Positions 1 to 11,378 of a stretch of 64,000 nucleotides of DNA are shown one piece after another. Each line of letters opens with the position of its first letter. Position 1 is the stretch's first letter. This DNA is from Octopus bimaculoides (Eukaryota): NCBI RefSeq assembly GCF_001194135.2, contig NC_068985.1, positions 70,679,601 to 70,743,600 of the forward strand, read 5' to 3'. The position numbers and the translations under genes are program-made. The notes beneath the pieces are model-generated. The model did no database searches, had not been told where the DNA came from, and saw only the letters and a list, made by a program, of their open reading frames with translations.

Positions 1-50
<50 letters not shown>

Positions 51-69
51 TGTATGTATGTATGTATGT

Positions 70-700
70 ATATTCTATCACGTTTTAAAGTTATCTCTAC
101 GGATTTTCAATGGAAATTAGAGCTTGTACGGAAAGTTACTATGTTTCTTATACGAGTAACTCTAAGTAAAATGGTAGGACACAATACTGATTTCGATCGC
201 ATTGATCACACAGACGCGTTCGTTGGTGAAACATCGTAACTTTAGTACTGACTCTGATTTCAATAAAGAATTCGTACACATTAATTTAGAAAGTGATTGA
301 ATAACACTGCTAACATAGGTAAGACTCAGCATAGACTTATAATCATTTAATATAGCTAGTAGTATATTATGTTTGCGTAACGATAAACGATGTCTCTCTG
401 CCAGCAGTTAATTTATCGTTAAGTTAACCTCTACAGATTTTAGAACTAGCTCAGAAAGTTACAACGTTTCGTATGCGAATATATCTATGGAAACAATGTG
501 ATCGGTGATAGAATAGGTAATGTGTGCATATGCATATTTCAGGAATTATTGCTTCTTCGTCAACTCTACATGCAATCCATTTACTCTCCATGTACACGTT
601 GCTTAGATACCCACAAACGTTTAGCGGAGTAACACTACAGGATAGACCAATTTACATATTAAACGCGTTCCTGACAACTGGTGCGTATATATTAATTGCT
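70..700 (-). repeat. About two diverged tandem copies of a ~330-bp unit carrying a hammerhead-like motif (PLE pLTR or retrozyme-like)
   Basis: AAGTTA.CTCTAC.GATTT at 88 and 421 (333 bp apart). GTTACAACGTTTCGTAT (458), CAATTTACATATTAAA (648) and TAGTATATTATG (360) recur exactly at 2766, 2958 and 3006. Confidence 0.7.
518..572 (-). ncRNA. Degenerate type I hammerhead ribozyme relic
   Basis: Minus strand reads TTGACGA-A-GAAGCAATAATTCCT-GAA-ATATGCATAT-G: perfect palindromic stem III, but C3 is U, N17 is G and stems I and II are weak. Homologous in position to 2830-2885. Confidence 0.4.
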
Positions 701-815
701 AGCAAGGACACAGTATTTTCTTTTGCATCCGTTATATACAACTAAATATATGAAAGGTTTACAAGACAATATTGAACCTTACTTAGTTATGGTTATATCT
801 ATCATTTATGTATCC

Positions 816-1060
816 TTTACTTGTTTCAGTCATTTGACTGCGGCGATGTTTTGGCACTGCCTTGAAGGTTTTAATCGAACAAATCGACCCCAGGACATAA
901 TTTTATCCCCAGTACTTTTTATTGGTCTTTTTGACGAACCAATAACCGGTTGTCAAGCGGTGGTGAGGAGAAACGCAGACACAAAGACACATATAGATAT
1001 ATACACACACATACACACATATAATATATATACATATATATATATATATATACATACACG

Positions 1061-1108
<48 letters not shown>

Positions 1109-2185
1109 NNNNNNNNNNNNNNNNNNNNNNNNNNNNNNNNNNNNNNNNNNNNNNNNNNNNNNNNNNNNNNNNNNNNNNNNNNNNNNNNNNNNNNNNNNNN
1201 NNNNNNNNNNNNNNNNNNNNNNNNNNNNNNNNNNNNNNNNNNNNNNNNNNNNNNNNNNNNNNNNNNNNNNNNNNNNNNNNNNNNNNNNNNNNNNNNNNNN
1301 NNNNNNNNNNNNNNNNNNNNNNNNNNNNNNNNNNNNNNNNNNNNNNNNNNNNNNNNNNNNNNNNNNNNNNNNNNNNNNNNNNNNNNNNNNNNNNNNNNNN
1401 NNNNNNNNNNNNNNNNNNNNNNNNNNNNNNNNNNNNNNNNNNNNNNNNNNNNNNNNNNNNNNNNNNNNNNNNNNNNNNNNNNNNNNNNNNNNNNNNNNNN
1501 NNNNNNNNNNNNNNNNNNNNNNNNNNNNNNNNNNNNNNNNNNNNNNNNNNNNNNNNNNNNNNNNNNNNNNNNNNNNNNNNNNNNNNNNNNNNNNNNNNNN
1601 NNNNNNNNNNNNNNNNNNNNNNNNNNNNNNNNNNNNNNNNNNNNNNNNNNNNNNNNNNNNNNNNNNNNNNNNNNNNNNNNNNNNNNNNNNNNNNNNNNNN
1701 NNNNNNNNNNNNNNNNNNNNNNNNNNNNNNNNNNNNNNNNNNNNNNNNNNNNNNNNNNNNNNNNNNNNNNNNNNNNNNNNNNNNNNNNNNNNNNNNNNNN
1801 NNNNNNNNNNNNNNNNNNNNNNNNNNNNNNNNNNNNNNNNNNNNNNNNNNNNNNNNNNNNNNNNNNNNNNNNNNNNNNNNNNNNNNNNNNNNNNNNNNNN
1901 NNNNNNNNNNNNNNNNNNNNNNNNNNNNNNNNNNNNNNNNNNNNNNNNNNNNNNNNNNNNNNNNNNNNNNNNNNNNNNNNNNNNNNNNNNNNNNNNNNNN
2001 NNNNNNNNNNATATATATATATATATATACGACAGGCTTCTTTAAGCTTCTGCTGAATCCACTTACAAAGCCTTGGTCAGACCGCGGCTATATCAGACGA
2101 TACTTGCCCAAGGTGCTACGCAGTGGGGCTGAACCAAGGGCCTTGTCGTTGGGAAGGAAGTTTCTTATCGCAGACCCACGCCACG
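816..2185 (-). mobile_element. SINE family A (tRNA-like head + internal microsatellite + conserved tail), spanning an N-gap
   Basis: Tail TTTACTTGTTTCAGTCATTTGACTGCGG at 816-985 and head (CTTGCCCAAGGTGCTACGCAGTGGG...) at 2030-2185 match the reverse complement of complete copies at 15690 and 32226. Confidence 0.85.
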
Positions 2186-2711
2186 TACAGATAAACCTGA
2201 AAAGGAAAACGTCTCACTGCTAAGAGACAAAGTAAGGCAAATCAGATAAATAAAAGCATAATAAATAAATGAATAAAAGCATAAAAATATGAAACATGAT
2301 ATCAAAAATCAAACTGGACATAAGTAGTGCAATCAAAGCAAAAGACATAAACAAATAAATTAGATATACAAGAGGATGCATTAAATTTATAATTAACTGC
2401 AACATGAACAATTCCAACTGTCATAAAATGAACTGAGCAACACTCCTTTCCTTTGCAAAATGATTTCATTGCCTTTAATGCATCTTTTTTGCTTATCTAA
2501 TTTACTTGATTATATCTTTTGTTTTGATAGCACTATTTACATATGTTCGGATTGATTCTTTGATATCGTTTATGCTTCATGTTTTTCGTTTTTTATTTAT
2601 CTATGTTTTTATCGGTGTATTTCATTGTACTACTGTTTTCAAAAGGAGTCTGTCTTCTTTCTGTTTCTTATGGAAACTACTTGAATGTAGCTGACTACAT
2701 AGGCATATTTT

Positions 2712-3045
2712 GTTAAGGTTATTTCTACTGATATTCTATGGAAATTATAACCAGTACTGACTTTTGTTACAACGTTTCGTATCGAGACGTCAGCGGTAAA
2801 CAAACAATGAGATCGAAGACAAAAGTGGGAAATGAGTGTATATGTCATATTTCGGCGGTTTTTGCCCCTTCATCAGCACCCATCTAACCCATTCTCGCCT
2901 CCGAACACATTGCTTTTATAGCCACCACATACAGCGGTGTTACGTTATTGGATATAGCAATTTACATATTAAATACATTCCTGGGGCTACTATGTAAAGA
3001 CCTTGTAGTATATTATGGATGCATAACGAAATACTATGTACCTAC
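2712..3045 (-). repeat. One further copy of the ~330-bp hammerhead-bearing unit
   Basis: Colinear with 415-680 (anchor spacing 192 vs 190 bp), followed by the TAGTATATTATG block that precedes the unit at 360. Confidence 0.7.
2830..2885 (-). ncRNA. Type I hammerhead ribozyme (candidate, intact catalytic core)
   Basis: Minus strand: AGATGGGTG-CTGATGA-A-GGGGCAAAAACCGCC-GAA-ATATGACATAT-A-CACTCATTT. Stem I is 9 bp (2 G-U), stem II is GG/CC-closed, stem III is the quasi-palindrome ATATG-A-CATAT, cleavage triplet AUA. Confidence 0.7.
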
Positions 3046-3510
3046 AAATCATTAGTCTTTGCATAAGCATAATCTTAATAGAGCTGGGTGAAATGGAGGT
3101 AAGAAGGAGCGAGGTAGTTGTTTAAAAAGTCACCTGAAGAGACGCAATCTGCACCTGTGATGCAAGACAATTGTACAGCACTTGACTTTTGGGGTACGGC
3201 TACAGAATGAAACAATTGCAATGGTTTCGAATAAAGAACCTCGTGAATTTCATTTTCTATCTTTGATCGTTTCCTATAAACTCCACGGGCATCAAGGAAT
3301 TTCGGAAGTAGATCCTGTAACATATGCATCACTGCTGATGTTGACAGTAGGTAGTAGACGTGCTTTACACAGCATACTACAAGGTTTATAGGCCATTATA
3401 ATTATAATTTTAACGATATGAATGTGTGTGTGCGTGTACATCTATGTTTGTGTGTGGTTGATAGGTTTGGTACAGGTGAGGGATAGGTGTGTGCGTGAGT
3501 GTGGTAGCGC

Positions 3511-3604
<94 letters not shown>

Positions 3605-4190
3605 GTGTGTGTACAGAATAAAAAGTTTTGAATGGTGCAACAATGCACTATAATACAAACAATCGGCTATATATTTGTTGTAATTTAGTCATCCATAGTC
3701 TGATATAATATTTCGGAATAAAATTCCTTCTTCAGATAGATGGAGTCGCTGCTTAAAAGCAGTATATTTCTCCGATTCTGTTTAAGGAACCATTAAATAC
3801 ACATAGCCACAATATGAATAATATCAGTAGAATCATACACTGTGTTGATACGTTAACCAACAACGATAATTCCAGAGAAAGAGAAACTACTGCATTCTGA
3901 CCATATCAACCAAACCTGCTTCCATCGGGACCGCAACAAGAATATATTGGACAGAAGAATGAGAATAGAATACGCCCACTCTTTAACACTACACTTGAAA
4001 AAGCAGGGAAATCTGCATCAAAATCACAAGTATGAGCTTTATGAAATACGCGTATGATTTGAAATAGGTTTACATGAAGAGCTCGATTAAAAGACGTGAT
4101 TGTTGATTACGGATAAACAAGTACATCGATTGTGACGAACGCATTCGTACCACTACAAGCAAAACCACATCAGCCTTTCAAATGATATCA

Positions 4191-4387
4191 GTTTCAAATG
4201 TTGGCACAATGCCAGCAATTTCGGGAGACAGAGTACGTCTGAGTTCAATTGTTACTAATTTTCTCAACATCAAAAGGATAAAAATCAGAGTCGACCTCGG
4301 CGGAATTTGAACTTAGAAGGTGAAGACGAACGAAATACCGCTAAGCATTTTTTCTAGCGTGCTAACGATTCTGGCAGCTCGCTGCCT
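4191..4387 (-). mobile_element. SINE family B
   Basis: Reverse complement of GGCAGCGAGCTGCCAGAATCGTTAGCACG...AGTTCAAATTCCGCCGAGGTCGAC...; matches plus-strand copies at 35753 and 52846. Confidence 0.85.
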
Positions 4388-5244
4388 TACCATCTCTGCT
4401 AATACTACAATAAGTATGCTGCTACTACTACTGGTGCTACCGCCTCTACTATTGATTATAATGATAATTCTAATGTTTTGCTACTACTATTACTGCTGCT
4501 GCAGTTTCATTCCTACTCCCGCCCGCTGCTGCTGCTGCTGCTGCTGCTAATATTACTGAAGAGCAAAAGAACTGCCAATCAGTTTCGGCAACAATGGCAA
4601 GCAACACGTACAAACAACAACTGCTTGGTGCCACTAAAGTACTTCATGCGTAGCTCTTGTCTATATTTGTTCTGTCACGGCTTCTGAACTGAACAATATT
4701 GACAAATGACACCGAAGGAAGATGAGAGAGTCCAAGATGGAAAAGTGGGTTAGGGATTGGCAGGGAGATTTGGGTGGTTTGGATAAATAAGAGGAGTAAA
4801 AAATAGCATGTGGGCTCTGGGTGTGGATGTGTAGGTCGCTGACTGAATCTCTTGCTGGCTGGCAGGTGGCTGGCTGGTTGGTTAACGGGCTGGCCGATTG
4901 GATTGATGGATGTTTCATAGGATGTTTGGCTTGCTTGTTTGGGCTGGTTACCTGATTATTTGAAATATACACTCTCTAACAAATGCATGCAGACACAGAA
5001 AAGAAGCTTAGTTTGTGAAGATTTAACAAATGTCCTTGTGTTTCAGTTTTATTTTTTTATATTTTTGGCTTTTCTAATATTTTTTTTTTTATCTTTGTTC
5101 AGTTTTGGAAATGGTTTTTCTTTTTGATTTTTTGGCGGTGGGTGTTTTTGTTTCCAAATATGACCAACAAGATTTCTTTTAAAGGATTTATAGATGTTCC
5201 CTAACACATTTGCTAACAGACTGAAACACAAACACACAACACAC

Positions 5245-5308
<64 letters not shown>

Positions 5309-6196
5309 NNNNNNNNNNNNNNNNNNNNNNNNNNNNNNNNNNNNNNNNNNNNNNNNNNNNNNNNNNNNNNNNNNNNNNNNNNNNNNNNNNNNNNNNNNNN
5401 NNNNNNNNNNNNNNNNNNNNNNNNNNNNNNNNNNNNNNNNNNNNNNNNNNNNNNNNNNNNNNNNNNNNNNNNNNNNNNNNNNNNNNNNNNNNNNNNNNNN
5501 NNNNNNNNNNNNNNNNNNNNNNNNNNNNNNNNNNNNNNNNNNNNNNNNNNNNNNNNNNNNNNNNNNNNNNNNNNNNNNNNNNNNNNNNNNNNNNNNNNNN
5601 NNNNNNNNNNNNNNNNNNNNNNNNNNNNNNNNNNNNNNNNNNNNNNNNNNNNNNNNNNNNNNNNNNNNNNNNNNNNNNNNNNNNNNNNNNNNNNNNNNNN
5701 NNNNNNNNNNNNNNNNNNNNNNNNNNNNNNNNNNNNNNNNNNNNNNNNNNNNNNNNNNNNNNNNNNNNNNNNNTATATATACGTAACCATATGTGCGTGC
5801 ACACGTGGGTTCATGAATTATGAATATATGTATGAATGTGTCTATGCATGTATATGTGTTTGTATCATTGTAGCAGTGCAGTAGCGCATATATGAATGAA
5901 TGAATGGCTTTATCTATGCAGAGATGTGTGTTAATGGTTATGCGCCTATGGGTTTGCATGTCTTTCTGTACGCTTTAGAAGTTTTAATCGATTACGTGTT
6001 TGTAACGCTATGTTTTATTGTAGATCATGTTGTTTAACTCCAAGTAGTTTCTGAATGTATAGAATTCATGATCAAAGCCATTCTAACCGTGACTGCACCG
6101 TTTTTTAGTTGTTGTTGTTGTGGTGTGTCACTGCTGTTGCTGCTGCTGCTGTTGTTGTTGTTGTTGCTGCTGTTGTTATTCTTCTTCTTCTTCTTC

Positions 6197-6253
<57 letters not shown>

Positions 6254-6255
<2 letters not shown>

Positions 6256-6458
6256 GACGACGAGCAGGCACAATCGTTAGCACCCTGGACGGCATTTCGT
6301 CTACTGCTAGGCCCAAAGTTCAAAGTTTGCTGAGGTCGGCTTTGTCTTTCATTCTTTCGGGGTCGATAAATTAAGTACCAGTTAAATATTGGGGTCGATA
6401 TGATCGACTTACCGCCTCCGCACAAGTTTCAGGCCTTCTGCCTAGAGTAGAAAGGATT
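6254..6458 (+). mobile_element. SINE family B, following an (ATT)n array
   Basis: GACGAGCAGGCACAATCGTTAGC...GGGGTCGATAAATTAAGTACCAG...GTAGAAAGGATTATT. Confidence 0.8.
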
Positions 6459-6470
6459 ATTATTATTATT

Positions 6471-6765
6471 GTTTTCATATACACTCATCAGATTAGACTG
6501 TTGGAAAAGGACAAATCCTAACATTGGACTACAAGTAACTTTAGATGCCAAGAACCCTTCTAAGTATCATAACTGTCCCTAAAATCACCGTTTTCTCGAG
6601 CTATACTATTTCCTCTATCCATCTGTTCAGCCCTTTAGGGATAGTTCCCAATGCACTTATAACTACTGGGATACATTTTACCTACACAATCCATAGCCTC
6701 TGCAATTCAATAGCTAGGTCCTGGCACTTTGCTATTTTTTCTATACCTCTCATGCTCACTTCATC
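6471..6765 (-). mobile_element. R4/Dong-clade non-LTR retrotransposon, 3' fragment (RLE C-terminus + 3' UTR + (TAA)n tail)
   Basis: Minus translation KIAKCQDLAIELQRLWIV*VKCIPVVISALGTIPKGL...KTVILGTVMILRRVLGI* resembles the R4/Dong C-terminus; ends in (AAT)n. Confidence 0.75.
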
Positions 6766-6779
6766 ATCATTTCGGACTG

Positions 6780-6848
6780 TGGTGGTGGTGGTGGTGGTGG
6801 TGGTGGTGGTGGTGGTGGTGGTGGTGGTGGTAGTGGTGGTGGTGATGG

Positions 6849-6879
<31 letters not shown>

Positions 6880-6946
6880 AGTGCTGGTGGTGCTGGTGCT
6901 GGTGGTGCTGGTGCTGGTGGTGCTGGTGGTAGTGCTGGTAGTGGTG
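6780..6946. repeat. Compound (GTG)n/(CTG)n/(GTGCTG)n microsatellite
   Basis: Directly visible trinucleotide arrays. Confidence 0.95.
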
Positions 6947-6948
6947 GT

Positions 6949-7070
6949 AAGGCGACGAGTAGGCAGAATCGTTAACACGCCGAACAAAATGCGTAGTAGC
7001 ATTTCGTCCACCTTTACGTTTTGATTTCAAATCCCGCCAATTTTGCCTTTCATCCTTTCGGGGTTGAAGA
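6949..7070 (+). mobile_element. SINE family B, 3'-truncated
   Basis: GGCGACGAGTAGGCAGAATCGTTAACACGCCG...TTTGCCTTTCATCCTTTCGGGGT. Confidence 0.75.
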
Positions 7071-7139
7071 AAGACTTGCCTATATCAGAAAATTTTATCA
7101 ACATTGTTATACAGTGTAGATGGAAAATGCACCGGACTA

Positions 7140-7820
7140 TTTATTCATCAGTTAGGTTACAAGGACTTTAGATAGATAGTAGTTTCCTTTAAATGTTCGC
7201 AGTATGGCGGCACTAATCTTGCATGGCATTGTCAAGAGCTTTAAGAAGTCTTGAAGATTCAGTGGGATTATCCCTTTTGTCCTGATCACAGCTGGCATCA
7301 CTTATACTTTACCGTTTCGCATTCCAAACGGTCTTGACGTCTCTACGTTCAATTTGGAGTACTTGCTGGCTTTTAAACCTCTTTAGTCGCACTATTCACG
7401 TTATTTGGTATGGCTACGTCAATGATCTGACAGTATATGTCTTTAATACAACAATGCCCGGTCAACGATTCTATCAGTCTGAAAGTCATAATCCCAGAAT
7501 ATCGTTGCTGCCCCATCTTTTTTACTAGCCACATACTTATACCTCTCCTCCATTTCTTCGTATTGGTATTTACTTCATAAAAGACAATGAAGATACAAAC
7601 AGATTTTATCACGGCGATGCTTGTATTCATTTAGTGCATGGTTCTCACATCCATAGCAAGTGGGTTACACTCTCCACACATTTTTTCACATATTTTGCAT
7701 TTCTGGGTGTCAGAAATTTTGTAGATGTTCCATTTCACAAAATTGGTAGCAAGAGTTTGGTCTTCAGCTGCAATTCTAAGATTTAAAAGTTCTTCCACTT
7801 TTGTTATAGTAAAATTGTTT
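7140..7820 (-). mobile_element. Degraded R4/Dong-clade fragment (zinc knuckle + RLE endonuclease region)
   Basis: Minus frames give IAAEDQTLATNFVKWNIYKISDTQKCKICEK, IFWDYDFQTDR, CQIIDVAIPNNVNSATKE and VMPAVIRTKGIIP, with stops and frameshifts. Confidence 0.7.
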
Positions 7821-8581
7821 GATAAGATTTGGTGGTGGAGAAAAAATACCATCAGCACCATTCTCCTCCCTCCACTGCTTCCTCCTCCCACTACCCTTCC
7901 TCCTCGTCCTCCCCCTCATCATCATCATTGCCATCAACACTATACTTCATACAATGACATTATTGGTAACCAATTCTTTCTCCGCCTCCACTACAACCGC
8001 TAACTTTTCCTTTTAAACTTTGTCCCTAATGTTATCATACGAAAAGAGAAAATACATTTAAAATCGATCTGCAGCGTTCGGTAGGTGTTTTAAGGGCCGT
8101 GGAAACTGACTTTAATTTAAAAGTTATTAATAACCCTCATCCAATCTGTGTAAAGCGAGGAAATAAACGGTGCAGTGGTACCGTAGCCGTTTTTTGTTTG
8201 TTTGTTTTTATTTTGTTTCTTTTTTTTTTTTCGTGTTAAACGTTATGGTATAGTTTAAGAAAGATTTCACTGCTATATCTAGCAGACCGGGAGACTACGT
8301 AAAGATCCCGTGGAGACAGACAGTCACGATTTCCATTTTGTCCAGCGATGAAGCCTACCGATTGGTTAAATTTTCATAATTTTAAAAATGATTGTAAATT
8401 CTTTATTGATAATTCTTAGCAAAAATGAATGTGATTTTCCTTATCAGCACGCAAAACAAGATCAGAACTACATTTTCTAAAAATAATTTAATAAAAATTT
8501 GAAAAATCTTCAAGTAGTTGGAAGAAACTTAACAAGATGCTAGTCGTGTGTAATGTGCGTGTCATATAATATAACTGTATA

Positions 8582-8633
<52 letters not shown>

Positions 8634-9716
8634 ACGTATCGGTGCTTATTGGAGGAATATATCAGCGTGCACAAGTTAATTTTGCAAACCCCTGGTGAGA
8701 GAATGTGCACATTAATATTTTAATCTAAATATATAGACAGTAATGTATCAAAATGTATATTTCCTAATATATACATCAATAGACACATATATTCAGGGAA
8801 AGAAATACTCATTCATTTTAACAGAAATTCAAGAGGCACACACTCAAGCAATAGTCCCAAACAACCAAAACGCATACACTTGCGTATGAGACACTCATGC
8901 TAAATACACACTCAAACATATACATGAACACACATACAACCACGCACGCACGCACACACACGCATATGCACACACACGACACATACACTCATACAAGCAT
9001 ACGCTTATTGAAAAAAGTCACAGGTTTGTTTTGATTATGATTGGTGAGAAGATATATGATAGATGAATGGTCCACTGGGATAAAGACCTGGCGAAGTGAA
9101 GCAAAAAATAGAAGACGGCTATAAGGAAATATATAACGGTGAAATAAATTAATAATACAGCAATGGGTTCAACGTAACTGTGGATGTTACAGTTATAAAA
9201 ATAAGCGCTCGGGGAATGAACATAACGTGACACAAGTGCAAACAGGGCTGGAGGTAGAATCTGAAGGGTAGCTTGTCTATCAAGTGGTAAGCAAATTTTG
9301 ATGACTAAAATGCTTTGCAAATCTTTAGGGATTCTTCAGTGCATAAATTAAATTTTGTCTGCTTATTGCAGTTTTCGGTGTATTTAAATATATAGCTATA
9401 GCAGCAAATAAATGTCCCAGGAGAAAGATAGGCTTCTATAAAAGAGTAAATGTTTCGAGAAACCTAACGTTATGCTTGGTGTGATCCTTAATTCATCTGT
9501 TGGATATACATACATATATACACACATACATATATACAAACATATATNNNNNNNNNNNNNNNNNNNNNNNNNNNNNNNNNNNNNNNNNNNNNNNNNNNNN
9601 NNNNNNNNNNNNNNNNNNNNNNNNNNNNNNNNNNNNNNNNNNNNNNNNNNNNNNNNNNNNNNNNNNNNNNNNNNNNNNNNNNNNNNNNNNNNNNNNNNNN
9701 NNNNNNNNNNNNNNNN

Positions 9717-9748
<32 letters not shown>

Positions 9749-9812
9749 GAAAACATACACTTATGTATAAACTCACATATATATATATGTATGCATGCAT
9801 CTATGTTAGTAA

Positions 9813-9858
<46 letters not shown>

Positions 9859-11167
9859 ACATACGTACACACTTCATACATGCATATATGTGTGTATGTG
9901 TGCGTGCGTGTGCATGTGTACGTGTGTGTGTGTGTCTGTGTGCGTGTCTGAGTGTACTTATTTACCTGTGTATCTATGTCTATAACGTGCTTGCTATATA
10001 TACGCATGTATATAATTGCAGCAGGCTATTTAAAGTTGTTGAACACCTTTGATTACCCAGGTGGATAATGACGATGAGGTCTCTTCAGCAAACGTCCGGA
10101 AATGCTCTTTTTATTATTCTTTTAAAGTTAATCAGTTTCATATGTCTGTTTTGATATTGTTGGATATTTTGTCGAGAGTCGAAGGGGACGATATATGAGA
10201 GAGTCAGTATAATTGAGATCCAGTCCTGAACGGTATTGTTTTATCTATAGTTATTCATGTGATATTCGCATTTGTAGTCCAATCGTTTGATTTCGAAATG
10301 TGATTGCATAGTGATATGATGATTTCAATATAAAGTATCTCTGCATACCCCTAAAAAGGGGGAAAAAAAAATAGGACGCTTATGTCTGGAATGCCTTTGA
10401 ACGTAGGTCATTTACTAAAATCTGTGTTGAGGGGATGGGCTTGTCATAGTCATTCACTTTGTGATATATCGTGCACAATCAATTTATGGATCTTGAATCA
10501 TCATATAGCTGGCTATTATCATGTCATTGGTCTATCCTATCACTGTTTAACGATCTACACTATGATATTAACAAGCATTAACACTATCTCAAGCATTAAC
10601 ATCATCTTCATGGTTGCTCCACTTGTTAGATATAGTTACATAATTACCATCAAATTAAATTCGATTGACATATTCGATAATGAGGTCCTATACGCCGCGA
10701 AAAAGAACAGAAATACAGGATCAAGGTTTAAAAGCTTTTGATCGAGGCAGTCATTATTCTGAACAGCAACAATAGCTTTACAGTTTTTAAAAAATAGAAA
10801 AACTCACATTCAATTCAATAAACATTAAAACGAGCTGGTCATATAAACGGAAAGTCATTGGCTGCAAGTCTGGTCAGTCGGGCCAAAATATCAATACCAA
10901 AAAGGAATTCATGAAACACCAATTAAATTTTGAATCGATTTGCGAGAATCAATGGTAGAATCTTATACAACATCCAATCTCGTCTACCCGATTGATCCTG
11001 ACATGAAGCTAAACACCCCACTACCACGAAAGCGCCGCCACTGGCTCCTCCACCACTACCACCGTTGCCGCGTCCGCAGCAACAGCAACAGCAATAGCTT
11101 CATAAGCAGCGAAAGCATCACTTCTACAATCGTCAATATAAATGTCATTAATATTACTTCTAACCCA

Positions 11168-11378
11168 AGGCGGCGAGTTGGCAGACTCGTTACCACGCCA
11201 GGCAAAATGATTTGTGGCACTTCGTCAGTCTTTTCGTTTGAGTTCAAACTCCGCCGAGGTCAACTTTGCCTTTAATCCTTTCGGGATTGATAAAATAAGT
11301 ACCAGTTGATTACTGGAGTAGATATAGTCAATTTCCCCCTTCCCCGAAACTGCTGGCTCTGTGACAGAATTTGAAACC
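11168..11378 (+). mobile_element. SINE family B
   Basis: GGCGGCGAGTTGGCAGACTCGTTACCACGCC...GAGTTCAAACTCCGCCGAGGTCAAC...AATTTGAAAC. Confidence 0.85.

Noticed and set aside
3075-3391. Overlapping 69-aa and 85-aa ORFs beside the hammerhead unit
   Set aside because: I looked for PLE or other motifs in all frames and found none convincing.
6471-6491. Minus-strand CTGATGAG-TGTATAT-GAAA hammerhead-like core
   Set aside because: No stem I or stem III partner; it lies in an R4 3' UTR next to (AAT)n.
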